A stretch of 64,000 bases of DNA, from positions 543 to 64,542 of the forward strand of contig WJKP01000014.1 of the NCBI GenBank assembly GCA_014729025.1. Direction: 5' to 3'. Shown in pieces: positions 10,651-20,450 of the stretch. A model generated the notes under the pieces. It was not told the origin of the DNA and did no database searches. It saw nothing but the letters and a program-made list of their open reading frames with translations. The position numbers were made by a program, and so were the translations under genes. This stretch comes from Candidatus Buchananbacteria bacterium. GTDB lineage: Bacteria; Patescibacteriota; Patescibacteriia; CAIXNZ01. Positions within the stretch are counted from its first letter, which is position 1; every line of letters starts with the position of its first letter.

Positions 10651-11535
10651 ATGTACCAACAAATTGAAGCTAATAAAAGACGTAGTGTTATCCTGGTAAT
10701 AATTTTTATTGTATTTGTCCTTTTCCTAGGCTGGTTATTTGGTCAATTAACTGATTTTGGCTATTTCGGTCCGGTTATAGCACTAATTATTTCACTAGCC
10801 ATGGCCGCAACGAGTTATTTTGCCGGTGATAAAATCGCCTTAAAAACAGCCGGAGCCAAGCAAATTCAAAAACAGGACAATCCTTATGTTTATCGTTTAG
10901 TTGAAAATTTATGCATTACAGCGGGATTGCCAATGCCTAAAATTTATATTATTAATGATCCCAACATCAATGCTTTTGCCACTGGCCGAGATCCAGATCA
11001 TGCTTCAATTGCCGTCACCCAAGGTGCTATTGATAAATTGGAAAACGAAGAACTTGAAGGTGTTATTGCTCATGAACTTTCACACATTAAAAATTATGAT
11101 ATTCGTTTAATGATGATTGTGATTGTTTTGGTTGGCACTATTGTTTTAATTTCTGACTGGTTAATACGCAGTTTTTTATGGGGTAAAAGTGACCGTGACA
11201 AGGGTCAGCTAGGTTTAGTTTTATTAGTTGCCGGTATTGTTTTGGCAATCTTATCACCTTTAATTGCCAAACTAATTCAACTGGCTATTTCCCGTAAACG
11301 TGAATTTTTGGCTGATGCTGACGGTTCACTTTTAACTAGATACCCTCAAGGTTTGGCTAACGCCTTAAAAAAAATAGCCAATGAAAACAGACAGCCTTTA
11401 AAAAAAGCTAATAATGCTACAGCTCATTTATATATTGCTAATCCGTTTGGTCAATCAAAAAAATTTTTAAGTAAACTTTTTGCCACTCACCCGCCAATTA
11501 ACGAACGAGTTGAAAAATTACAACAAATGGCCTGA
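10651..11535 (+). CDS. htpX: Zinc metalloprotease HtpX (M48)
   Basis: NAFATG, AHELSH, SRKREFLAD, FATHPP; follows lemA. Confidence 0.95.
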   Translation: MYQQIEANKRRSVILVIIFIVFVLFLGWLFGQLTDFGYFGPVIALIISLAMAATSYFAGDKIALKTAGAKQIQKQDNPYVYRLVENLCITAGLPMPKIYIINDPNINAFATGRDPDHASIAVTQGAIDKLENEELEGVIAHELSHIKNYDIRLMMIVIVLVGTIVLISDWLIRSFLWGKSDRDKGQLGLVLLVAGIVLAILSPLIAKLIQLAISRKREFLADADGSLLTRYPQGLANALKKIANENRQPLKKANNATAHLYIANPFGQSKKFLSKLFATHPPINERVEKLQQMA

Positions 11536-11571
11536 TTAGCTATTTTAAATTAATGATTAATAATTTTAAAA

Positions 11572-12312
11572 ATGTCTAAGCTTAATTTAATTTCTCTTTT
11601 TTGGCAATCATTAAAAAAGAGCTGGCTCGATCTCCTTTTAATTATATTTTTTATTTTTTGTTTACTTTTAGCTTTTTTATTAATTGCTTTTTTTACCTAT
11701 ATTGCCTTACTTTATTACGGAGTGGTTAGTTTTAATATTATCTTTACTTATCGCCTAATTTGGACTATTGTTACATATTTAGTTACGTTTATTATTGCTG
11801 TAATCGCTCAGTTATTAATAATTAATTCTCTTTTAAAGCCTCGGAAAAAATTCATTGAAAACTTAAATTCAATAAAAAAATATTTTTGGCAATTTTTAAT
11901 TTTAACAATTATTATTAATATTCTTTTTGTTATTTTTAATATCCCCATTTATGTTTCAATTTTCTTTTTTGCTTTAGATAATTTGATATTGGGTATTATT
12001 TCTTTAATCTTTGGACTTATTATTACTATATTATTGACCAGTTATCTTATTTTTAGCCCTTTTTTATTAATTGATAAAAATACTAGCTGGTTTGAATCAA
12101 TTAAAAAATCTTTTTCGCTAACAGAAAAAAAATTATTCCAAGTTATTTTTAATGTAATTATTTTAGCTTTAATTATTTTAATTCTGAATACTATTTCGGT
12201 TCTAGTTTTACAACTTGATATAATTGGTTTGGTTTTAAGCACTATAATTTTTATTATTATGGTCTTTACTGCGTTTATCTATCTTTTTGCCATGTATCAA
12301 AAATTCAAATAA
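11572..12312 (+). CDS. Multi-pass membrane protein of unknown function
   Basis: About 6 hydrophobic helices, in operon context. Confidence 0.7.
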   Translation: MSKLNLISLFWQSLKKSWLDLLLIIFFIFCLLLAFLLIAFFTYIALLYYGVVSFNIIFTYRLIWTIVTYLVTFIIAVIAQLLIINSLLKPRKKFIENLNSIKKYFWQFLILTIIINILFVIFNIPIYVSIFFFALDNLILGIISLIFGLIITILLTSYLIFSPFLLIDKNTSWFESIKKSFSLTEKKLFQVIFNVIILALIILILNTISVLVLQLDIIGLVLSTIIFIIMVFTAFIYLFAMYQKFK

Positions 12313-12318
12313 TTCAAA

Positions 12319-14772
12319 ATGTCTAATAATATCCTTCAAAATTTTTCAACCAATTACAAGCAAGTTTTAATTAAATCAATTAATTTGGCTTGGCAATTAA
12401 ATACTGAGATTATTAAACCTGAATATATTTTATATTCTTTAATTTCACAAAAAGGCAGTATTGGCTCAGAAATATTATTAAAAGCTAAATTAAAAGAGGC
12501 TGATATTAAAAAAAAGCTAATTAAATCAAATGGGCCGCAAAAAAATGATTTTTTACCTTACTTTACAGATGAAACAGTTCAATTAATTGAAAAATCAGCG
12601 GCTTTGGCCTTTAAAAATAATCATCCTTATATTGCCACGGAACATTTACTTTTAGCTATTATTGAAAGTCAAGAAACTGAATTACAAAAAATTCTTAACC
12701 AGCAAAAAATAAATTTAGATTTCATTAAAAATCAAATTCAAATAATTTTTAATAGTACCTCTAAATTTCACGATTTTACTTCATCTTTTGATGAGCTGCC
12801 AGAACAAAATTACCACGAATTAAGAGAAACGTCGTATCCAACGGCAACAAAAACATCATTATTAAAAGCTTTTACGACTGATTTAACTGATAAACAAATA
12901 CAAAAAAATATTGATCCTTTAATCGGGCGTGAAGAAGAAATTAGCCGTTTAATTGAAATTTTAATGAGACGAACAAAAAATAACCCTTTAATCTTGGGTG
13001 ATCCAGGCGTAGGTAAAACTGCTTTAGTTGAAGGCTTGGCTAAAAAAATCATAACTGGTCAAGTGCCTGAAATATTAGCTGATAAAAAAATCTTAGCGTT
13101 GGATCTTGCCTTGGTTATAGCTGGCACTATGTTTCGCGGTGAATTTGAAAATAGAATGAAAAATATTCTGGATGAAATAAAAAAAGACCCCAATATTATT
13201 ATTTTTATTGATGAAATTCATAATATTATCGGTGCTGGCTCAACACAAGGAGCTATGGATGTGGCCAATATTTTAAAACCGGCTCTAGCCAGAGGAGAAA
13301 TACGCTGTATTGGCGCTACTACTTATGAAGAATACAAAAAACACCTAGAAAACGACGCGGCTTTGGAAAGAAGATTTCAATTAGTTAAAATGCAAGAACC
13401 GTCAGCTGACGAAACTTTCACAATTATTCAAGGCATAAAATCTAATTATGAAAATTATCATAATGTTAAAATAACTGACCAAGCTATTGCTACTGCAGTT
13501 TATTTAAGTGAAAAATATATAACTGATCGTTTTTTCCCTGATAAAGCTATTGATTTAATTGACGAATCAGCCTCCAGCCTTAAAATCAAACAAAAAACCA
13601 ATAAATTAACCGCTCAATTAAAACAGGCTAAAAAAGAATTAGAGCAAATTCAAAATGATAAAGAAAAAAATATTATTCAAGAAGATTTTAAGCAAGCTAT
13701 TTTATTAAAAATAAAAGAAAAAGAAAAAAAGGAGCAAATTCAAAAAATCAAAAATTTAAACAAAACAAAAAACAAAAAACAAATAGTTACTAAAAATGAA
13801 ATCACTCAAATTGTTTCCAAAATTACCAATATTCCTAATAGTGAATTACTGCTACAAGAAAAGAAAAAATTTTTAAATTTGGAAAAAAATTTAGCCAAAC
13901 ACATAATCGGACAAGATAACGCTTTGAATATTTTAGCCCAGTCAATCAGAAGAAACAAAGCCGGTATTGCTGAACAAAATAAACCCTTGGGCGCTTTTAT
14001 TTTAATTGGGCCCAGCGGAACCGGCAAAACTTATACTGCCAGGATTTTAAATCAAATTTTATTTGAAAATCAAAATAGTCTGATAAAAATTGATATGTCG
14101 GAATTTTCAGAAAAATTTAATATTTCAAAATTAATCGGTGCACCGGCTGGCTATGTCGGCTACAAAGAAAGCGGTAAATTAACTGATGCAGTAAAAAGAA
14201 ATCCTAATTCAATTGTTTTATTTGACGAAATAGAAAAAGCCCATTCTGATGTCTTTAACTTACTTTTACAAATTCTTGATGACGGCTATTTAGCTGATGC
14301 CACAGGTAAAAAAATAAATTTCAAAAATACTTTGATTATCATGACCTCAAATCTCGGCTCAAAAAACTTATCACAAATCATGGGTTTTGATAAAAATGAT
14401 AGTCAGCAAAATGATTTAACTTTGGAAAAAGAAATTAAAAATTTTTTCCCACCGGAATTTGTCAATCGGTTGGATAAAATTATTATTTTTAACCAGCTGG
14501 ATAAAAAATCATTAAATAAAATTATTAAAATTGAACTTGAAAATTTACAAACCCGATTAAAAAAACAAAATATTGAGTTGAATTTTGAGCCTAAAATTAT
14601 TAATTTTTTATTAAATACTAATTTCCGGCAAGAACAAGGCGCCCGTTTTATAAAACAAAACATTGAAGAATTGATTGCCAATCCATTATCAGAAAAATTA
14701 TTTCAACAAAATACAGATCATAAATATAAAATTAAGATCAAAAATAATAATTTACAAATAATCAATGCCTGA
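12319..14772 (+). CDS. clpC: ATP-dependent Clp protease ATP-binding subunit (ClpC/ClpA-like)
   Basis: Clp N-domain, two AAA modules ([16 protein letters not shown]), [12 protein letters not shown], short UVR-type middle coil. Confidence 0.92.
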   Translation: MSNNILQNFSTNYKQVLIKSINLAWQLNTEIIKPEYILYSLISQKGSIGSEILLKAKLKEADIKKKLIKSNGPQKNDFLPYFTDETVQLIEKSAALAFKNNHPYIATEHLLLAIIESQETELQKILNQQKINLDFIKNQIQIIFNSTSKFHDFTSSFDELPEQNYHELRETSYPTATKTSLLKAFTTDLTDKQIQKNIDPLIGREEEISRLIEILMRRTKNNPLILGDPGVGKTALVEGLAKKIITGQVPEILADKKILALDLALVIAGTMFRGEFENRMKNILDEIKKDPNIIIFIDEIHNIIGAGSTQGAMDVANILKPALARGEIRCIGATTYEEYKKHLENDAALERRFQLVKMQEPSADETFTIIQGIKSNYENYHNVKITDQAIATAVYLSEKYITDRFFPDKAIDLIDESASSLKIKQKTNKLTAQLKQAKKELEQIQNDKEKNIIQEDFKQAILLKIKEKEKKEQIQKIKNLNKTKNKKQIVTKNEITQIVSKITNIPNSELLLQEKKKFLNLEKNLAKHIIGQDNALNILAQSIRRNKAGIAEQNKPLGAFILIGPSGTGKTYTARILNQILFENQNSLIKIDMSEFSEKFNISKLIGAPAGYVGYKESGKLTDAVKRNPNSIVLFDEIEKAHSDVFNLLLQILDDGYLADATGKKINFKNTLIIMTSNLGSKNLSQIMGFDKNDSQQNDLTLEKEIKNFFPPEFVNRLDKIIIFNQLDKKSLNKIIKIELENLQTRLKKQNIELNFEPKIINFLLNTNFRQEQGARFIKQNIEELIANPLSEKLFQQNTDHKYKIKIKNNNLQIINA

Positions 14773-15754
14773 AGCAGTATCACAACCTAAAAATCAGTCA
14801 ATTGGTGATTCAGCCCCGCCCCGACAAGAAAGGCTTCAGCCAGAAGAAGAAACCGGAGTACGCAGAAATTTGCAATCAGCCCAAAAAACCACAAAAAGAG
14901 CCGGACAAGGCATGAAAGCCGCTGGCACTGGCATGAAAGCCGCTGGCACTGGCATGAAAGCCACGGGTACTGGCATGCAAGTCGCTGGAAAGGGAGCACA
15001 GGCTGCGGGTAAAGGTTTACAAGCAGGTGGCAGAGGCATGATGTCTGCTGGCTCAGCTCTTAGCAGTACAGGCGCGGGTGCTATTGCTGGAATACCTTTA
15101 ATGGCAGCCGGTGGTGCGACATCAGCAGCCGGCGTAGGTACTCAAGTCGCTGGTAAAGGTACTGAAGTCGCTGGTAAAGGCGTTAAAGCGACTGGTAAAG
15201 GTATGAAAAAAGCTGGCAAGGGTATGAAAAAAGCTGGCAAGGGTATGAAAAAAGCTGGTAAAGGTATAGAAAAACAATCTAAATTACTTAAAATGGATCC
15301 CAAAAAACAAAAGCCTACTGCTCGAGCATTAAATAAGGCTAAATCAGTAAAGCAAAAAACAAAACAAGCCAAAGAAGCAGTTCAGCAAACTAAAGAAGGA
15401 GTGAAAAAATTTAGCCAACAAGGCACAGCTAAAGCATTAAAACTATCATGGCTTAATTTAATTGATAGCTTTGGTTTAACTCTTTTATATATAAATTTTC
15501 ATTTTATTGCAAAATATATTGGTGGTATAAAATTATTTTGTGATTTTGGTGAGGAATGGGTTTCAAAAATGGATAAATTAGCTCAGGCTCCTGGAGGCGG
15601 TAAGATGATAAAAACAGCCAAAACCGGACTAAAATATGGGGAAATAATAGCTGTTATTGGACTGGATATACTCGTGTTACTTTGTTTGGTTATAGGCATA
15701 CTAATAATTTTAACACCAATAATACTTATTATAGCCGCTTTTCTCTCTATATAG
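14765..15754 (+). CDS. Hypothetical membrane protein with Gly/Lys heptad repeats
   Basis: G-x-K/Q-x-A-G-K/T heptads flank a hydrophobic Gly/Ala segment; two C-terminal hydrophobic helices; start overlaps the clpC end. Confidence 0.75.
   Translation: MPEAVSQPKNQSIGDSAPPRQERLQPEEETGVRRNLQSAQKTTKRAGQGMKAAGTGMKAAGTGMKATGTGMQVAGKGAQAAGKGLQAGGRGMMSAGSALSSTGAGAIAGIPLMAAGGATSAAGVGTQVAGKGTEVAGKGVKATGKGMKKAGKGMKKAGKGMKKAGKGIEKQSKLLKMDPKKQKPTARALNKAKSVKQKTKQAKEAVQQTKEGVKKFSQQGTAKALKLSWLNLIDSFGLTLLYINFHFIAKYIGGIKLFCDFGEEWVSKMDKLAQAPGGGKMIKTAKTGLKYGEIIAVIGLDILVLLCLVIGILIILTPIILIIAAFLSI
14909..14971 (+). repeat. In-frame 21-bp tandem repeat (GMKAAGT x3)
   Basis: GGCATGAAAGCCGCTGGCACT twice exactly, third copy degenerate. 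Confidence 0.9.
15200..15262 (+). repeat. In-frame 21-bp tandem repeat (GMKKAGK x3)
   Basis: GGTATGAAAAAAGCTGGCAAG twice exactly, third copy near-identical. Confidence 0.9.
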
Positions 15755-15778
15755 TATTGACAGCATAGTATTGACAGC
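15751..15778 (+). repeat. 14-bp tandem duplication containing TTGACA
   Basis: ATAGTATTGACAGC x2, spanning the stop codon of the upstream ORF. Confidence 0.85.
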
Positions 15779-15812
15779 AAAATTTAATTTAATATATTAA
15801 TCATTCTAAATT

Positions 15813-17072
15813 ATGTCACCAAAAACAAAAAAAATACTTTTAATTATAATCTTTGTTATTGTTACAATTGCCATTGCTTTAGTGCTTTATTTTGTCTTTT
15901 TCCAACCATTTGTTTCACCTCCTGAACCACCAGTTGCACCTCCGGCTGTTGCCCCACCAGTCGGGCTACCAGAAGTACCACCTGCTTTAAATATCCCGGT
16001 TGCCCCGCCTTCAGTTAATATTCCTAGCGTATTACCTCCTGAAGTAACCGTCCCCGTTACTCCGACTGTACCAGGACCGGTTATTTCTCCTCAAGCTAGT
16101 GGCGGTATAACTTCTTTTGATACAATAGAAACAAACCCGGCTCAAAGTCCGACTCTAGCTAATAATGGCAGGGATTTAATTTATCATGATAAAGAAACCG
16201 GTTTCTTTTACAGTATTACGCCTGACGGTGAAAAACAACTTTTTTCAGATACTACTTTTAAAAATGTAGAAAATGTAACTTGGTCACCTAATACTCAAAA
16301 AGCAGTCATGGAATACCCTGACGGGTCAAATATTATTTATGATTTTCAACAGCAAAGATCAGTTACTCTACCTGCTCAATGGAAAGATTTTACTTTTTCT
16401 AATACTGGTGAACAAATTGCTTTTAAAGATATGAGATTGGATCCAGAAAACCGCTATATTGCTGTTGCCAATACTGATGGCACTGGTTATCGTAAAATTG
16501 AAAAAATGGGTGATAATGATGAAAGTGTTTATGTTGATTGGGCGCCTAATAATCAATATATTGCTTTATATAGCGAATCAATTGACGGTTCCAGAGCAGA
16601 AGTTTATCCAATTGGTTTTAATAGTGAAAATTTTAGAAAATTCAGAGTTGAAGGCCGTGATCTAAGATTTGAATGGTCGCCTAGCGGTGATAAAATGGTT
16701 TATAGCGTTTTTAATTCACGTTCAAATTATAATCCATCTCTTTGGGTTGTAAATACTAACCCGGAATTATTAGCTACTGGCCGTAATCAATTGGAACTAA
16801 ATACCTGGGCTGATAAATGTACTTTTGCTGCGGAATCAACAATTTACTGTGCCGTACCACAAAACCTAGAAACCGGTATGGGTTTTCGGCCTGATTTAGC
16901 CAATAAAACGCCTGATGATATTTATAAAATCGATCTAACTACCGGTACAAAAGAATTAATTGCTGAACCGCTTTATCCTTCAACAATCAATCAAATTATT
17001 ATTAGTGAAGACGGACAATATTTATACTGGATAGAACAAGGCACTGACCAACTTAAAAAAATGAATTTATAA
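15813..17072 (+). CDS. Membrane-anchored protein with Pro-rich linker and TolB-like beta-propeller
   Basis: N-terminal TM, PPVAPP linker, repeated WSP/WAP/FS-x-G blades. Confidence 0.75.
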   Translation: MSPKTKKILLIIIFVIVTIAIALVLYFVFFQPFVSPPEPPVAPPAVAPPVGLPEVPPALNIPVAPPSVNIPSVLPPEVTVPVTPTVPGPVISPQASGGITSFDTIETNPAQSPTLANNGRDLIYHDKETGFFYSITPDGEKQLFSDTTFKNVENVTWSPNTQKAVMEYPDGSNIIYDFQQQRSVTLPAQWKDFTFSNTGEQIAFKDMRLDPENRYIAVANTDGTGYRKIEKMGDNDESVYVDWAPNNQYIALYSESIDGSRAEVYPIGFNSENFRKFRVEGRDLRFEWSPSGDKMVYSVFNSRSNYNPSLWVVNTNPELLATGRNQLELNTWADKCTFAAESTIYCAVPQNLETGMGFRPDLANKTPDDIYKIDLTTGTKELIAEPLYPSTINQIIISEDGQYLYWIEQGTDQLKKMNL

Positions 17073-17076
17073 CTAT

Positions 17077-17772
17077 ATGCCTAATAAACAAAAAAATTCA
17101 CAAACTAAAAAGAAATTCCAATTTGTTTATTTTATAGTTTTTTCAATTATTATTTTACTTATTTTTGTTGTTATAATTATCGGCTCTTTTTGGGATTATC
17201 AGGCGCAAATAAAAAAAATGGAAGATTATTATCAAGAACGTTTAGCCAAAACCAGCCAAGCTAAACCGCAAATTAATAAATTTGATCCAATTAAAGGCTC
17301 ATTAACCTCTGAAATAACTTTATTTGAATACAGTGATTTCTTTTGTCCAGCCTGCCAAAACCTGCAAAATGATTTGCAAGCTTTGGAAAAGCTTTATGGT
17401 AATAATATCCGTTTTGTTTTTAAATCATTACCAATTACTGCTCATCCGGAAAATCGTCCATCTTTAAATGCCGCCTATTGTGCCTGGGAACAAAACAAAT
17501 TCTGGGAATATAAAAAATTATTATATCAAGAACCGAAAATGTTAAATAAACAAAAATACCGCCAATATGCCGACCAATTAAACCTAGATCTGGAAACTTT
17601 TAATCAATGTTTGGAGGATAATAAATATTACCCGGTTATAGAACAAAATATTGCCGAAGCTTTAAGTTTAAATATTACTTCTATTCCAACTGTTTTTATT
17701 AATGGTGAACGAGTAGAAGGCTTTATTAATTATAATACTTTAAAGAATCTAATAGATCAACAAATCAGATGA
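17077..17772 (+). CDS. DsbA-family thiol-disulfide oxidoreductase
   Basis: N-terminal TM, EYSDFFCPAC (CxxC), cis-Pro loop SIPTVFING. Confidence 0.9.
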   Translation: MPNKQKNSQTKKKFQFVYFIVFSIIILLIFVVIIIGSFWDYQAQIKKMEDYYQERLAKTSQAKPQINKFDPIKGSLTSEITLFEYSDFFCPACQNLQNDLQALEKLYGNNIRFVFKSLPITAHPENRPSLNAAYCAWEQNKFWEYKKLLYQEPKMLNKQKYRQYADQLNLDLETFNQCLEDNKYYPVIEQNIAEALSLNITSIPTVFINGERVEGFINYNTLKNLIDQQIR

Positions 17773-17781
17773 TTTGAAATT

Positions 17782-18324
17782 ATGCCTAAAATAAACTTTT
17801 CAAAACTTATTTTTGTTATATTTTTTTTATTTAATCTAATAATCATAAGTTGTTTAATTGCTCCTTTTGCCCTGGCAACTGAATTACAATTACAAATTCC
17901 CATTGGTGACCGACAAAGTTTTACAGTTTCTGGATCAACTATTGGAGAATATATACAGGCAATTATTGTGTTTGCTTCAGGGGCAATTATTTCATTAGCT
18001 ATTGTTATGATTATAGTTGGCGGTATCCAATGGATAATTTCCGGTGGTGTGCCTAATAAAATTAGCAATGCTAAAAATACGATTTTAAAAGCTTTTTTAG
18101 GTATGTTTATTGCTATTTTTGCTGTTTTCATCTTAGAAACAATTAATCCGAATTTAGTACAATTTAAATCATTAAGTCCCAAAACTCAAGAAAAATTGCC
18201 TTGTTGTGAATATTCAGAATCTGGAAGTAAAGATAAATTGTATAATTTTATGTCCGAAGAAAAATGCCTTAATAAAAAACCTCCGGGAAAAATAGTTAAT
18301 AATTCACAATGTTTAAATAATTAA
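17782..18324 (+). CDS. Pilin-like protein (VirB2/TrbC-like) with Cys-rich tail
   Basis: Signal peptide, LQIPIG, two TM helices joined by GGIQWIISGG...AKNTI..A..G. Confidence 0.7.
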   Translation: MPKINFSKLIFVIFFLFNLIIISCLIAPFALATELQLQIPIGDRQSFTVSGSTIGEYIQAIIVFASGAIISLAIVMIIVGGIQWIISGGVPNKISNAKNTILKAFLGMFIAIFAVFILETINPNLVQFKSLSPKTQEKLPCCEYSESGSKDKLYNFMSEEKCLNKKPPGKIVNNSQCLNN

Positions 18325-18332
18325 TATTAATA

Positions 18333-18371
18333 AAAAATGTCTACTTGCTTAATAATAGAGTAGACATTTTT
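18333..18371 (+). terminator. Intrinsic terminator, possibly bidirectional
   Basis: AAAAATGTCTACT...AGTAGACATTTTT inverted repeat. Confidence 0.7.
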
Positions 18372-18439
18372 ATAATACTTGAAAAATTAACAATTTAGCT
18401 TTAAAATAATTATATAAAAACATTAATCCAATAACTCAA

Positions 18440-19774
18440 ATGCCTAAGCAAAATTCAATAATTTATAATTGTACAAAATGTGGCGCTCAATCAGCTAAAT
18501 GGACTGGGCGCTGTATTGAATGTGGTTCTTGGGGTACTATGCTTCAAGAATTATCGGAAAATCAATCAGCAGACAAGCGAAAAATTAAAATTGATAAAAA
18601 TCAATTAATTGATTTTCAAAAAAAACAGCCGGAAAATTTTAGCCGTTTACAGACTCAAATTAGTGAATTTGATCGGGTCGTTGGTAATGGTTTAGTGCTT
18701 GGCAGTTTAACTTTATTGGGCGGCGAACCAGGTATTGGCAAATCAACTCTAATCTTACAAATCAGTCAGCAAATCAAACAGCCGGTTTTGTATGCTTCCG
18801 GTGAAGAATCAGCCAGCCAAATCAAAATGCGTATTGACCGTTTAAAATTACCTTTACAAAATCTTAAATTTTTAGCTACTAATAATATTGAAAAAATAAT
18901 AGCCTTTGCTATTGAAGAAAAACCCAGTCTTTTAATTATTGATTCTATTCAAACATTGTATTCCAATGAATTGCCATCCGAAGCCGGTTCAGTTAATCAG
19001 GTTCGTATCTGCACGGTTAAACTTTTAGAAATTGCCAAAAAACACAATCTATCAATTATTATTATCGGTCATGTAACCAAAGACGGCCAAGTTGCCGGCC
19101 CCAAATCACTGGAACACCTGGTTGATACCGTGCTTTATTTGGAAGGCTCTAAGACTGATAATTATCGACTTTTGCGTTGCGTTAAAAACCGTTTTGGCTC
19201 AACTAATGAATTGGGAATTTTTGATATGACCGGCCAAGGCTTAATTGAAGTCAAAAACCCTTCTGAACTTTTTTTCAGCCAAAAACAAGAACCAATCTCC
19301 GGTTCGGCTATTACTTGTATTATGGAAGGCAGCCGGCCTTTTTTAATTGAAATTCAGGCTCTAGTCAGTAAAACTTTATTTGGCTATCCGCAAAGAAAAA
19401 CAGCCGGTTTTGATTTAAATCGCTTGCAAATGTTAATTGCGGTTTTAATTAAACGCGCTGATACTCCTTTAGTCAACCAAGATACACATTTAAATATTGT
19501 CGGCGGTTTAAAAATAACTGAAACAGCGCCTGATCTGGCTGTTTGTTTGGCAATTATTTCTTCTTTAAAAAATAAAATTATTTTGCCAGATACTTTAATT
19601 TTAGGCGAAGTCGGCTTAGGCGGTGAAATCAGGCCGGTTTATCAAATAGATAAAAGAATCGAAGAAGCCCAAAAATTAAAATTTAAAAATATTATTACAC
19701 CGGTTATTAAAACCAATAAAAGCGGTTTGATTATGGTCAAAAATATAAACGAAGCCATTAAACAAATATTTTAA
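18440..19774 (+). CDS. radA: DNA repair protein RadA/Sms
   Basis: C4 zinc finger, GEPGIGKS Walker A, KNRFG motif, Lon-like C-terminus. Confidence 0.97.
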   Translation: MPKQNSIIYNCTKCGAQSAKWTGRCIECGSWGTMLQELSENQSADKRKIKIDKNQLIDFQKKQPENFSRLQTQISEFDRVVGNGLVLGSLTLLGGEPGIGKSTLILQISQQIKQPVLYASGEESASQIKMRIDRLKLPLQNLKFLATNNIEKIIAFAIEEKPSLLIIDSIQTLYSNELPSEAGSVNQVRICTVKLLEIAKKHNLSIIIIGHVTKDGQVAGPKSLEHLVDTVLYLEGSKTDNYRLLRCVKNRFGSTNELGIFDMTGQGLIEVKNPSELFFSQKQEPISGSAITCIMEGSRPFLIEIQALVSKTLFGYPQRKTAGFDLNRLQMLIAVLIKRADTPLVNQDTHLNIVGGLKITETAPDLAVCLAIISSLKNKIILPDTLILGEVGLGGEIRPVYQIDKRIEEAQKLKFKNIITPVIKTNKSGLIMVKNINEAIKQIF

Positions 19775-19817
19775 TTAAAAAAAATACAGCCTCAATTTTT
19801 ACCGCTGTTTTTATTTT

Positions 19818-20444
19818 ATGAAAAATAAGTTAAAAAGATTAAATATTGATTTTTTCCAAAAACCAACTTTAAAGCTGGCGCCTGCCTTGCTTGGTAAATA
19901 TATTATCAGGCAATTTAAAAATCAAACGTTAATTGGGAAAATAAGCGAAACAGAAGCTTATTATGGCTCCCATGATTTGGCTTCACACGCTTCAAAAGGC
20001 AAGACTAAAAGAACCAAATTAATGTTTGATCAGCCAGGTTTAGCCTATATTTACTTAATTTATGGCATGTATTATTGTTTTAATATTGTGACAGAAAAAA
20101 AAGACTTCCCAGCTGCTGTTTTAATCAGATCAGTTGAACCGATTGAAGGTTTAAAAACAATACATAAAAACAGAAAGTTGCCTATTGTTCAATCTGAAAA
20201 ATTTCCAACTAGACTAACCAATGGGCCGGGTAAATTTTGCCAAGCTTTTATGATTGATAAAAAACTTAATGGAGAAAATTTAATCAGCAGCCAAAAAATT
20301 TATTTGGCGCAAAATTATCAGAAAACAATAACATCATCCCAAATAAAAAAAACCAAACGAATTGGCATTGATTATGCAGGTTCATATAAAAATAAACTCT
20401 GGCGTTATTATCTAAAAGATAATCCTTTTATCTCTCAAAAATAA
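19818..20444 (+). CDS. mpg: DNA-3-methyladenine glycosylase (MPG/AAG family)
   Basis: ETEAY, YIYLIYGMYYCFNIV, AVLIRS, NGPGK, RIGI motifs. Confidence 0.95.
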   Translation: MKNKLKRLNIDFFQKPTLKLAPALLGKYIIRQFKNQTLIGKISETEAYYGSHDLASHASKGKTKRTKLMFDQPGLAYIYLIYGMYYCFNIVTEKKDFPAAVLIRSVEPIEGLKTIHKNRKLPIVQSEKFPTRLTNGPGKFCQAFMIDKKLNGENLISSQKIYLAQNYQKTITSSQIKKTKRIGIDYAGSYKNKLWRYYLKDNPFISQK

Positions 20445-20450
20445 TAAAAA

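Noticed and set aside
14787-15372. Repetitive minus-strand ORFs and possible CRISPR-like repeats
   Set aside because: The repeats are contiguous in-frame 21-mers without spacers; the ORFs are shadows of the plus-strand gene.
17757-18182. 141-aa minus-strand ORF
   Set aside because: Antisense to the pilin-like gene, which fits operon direction and has family motifs.
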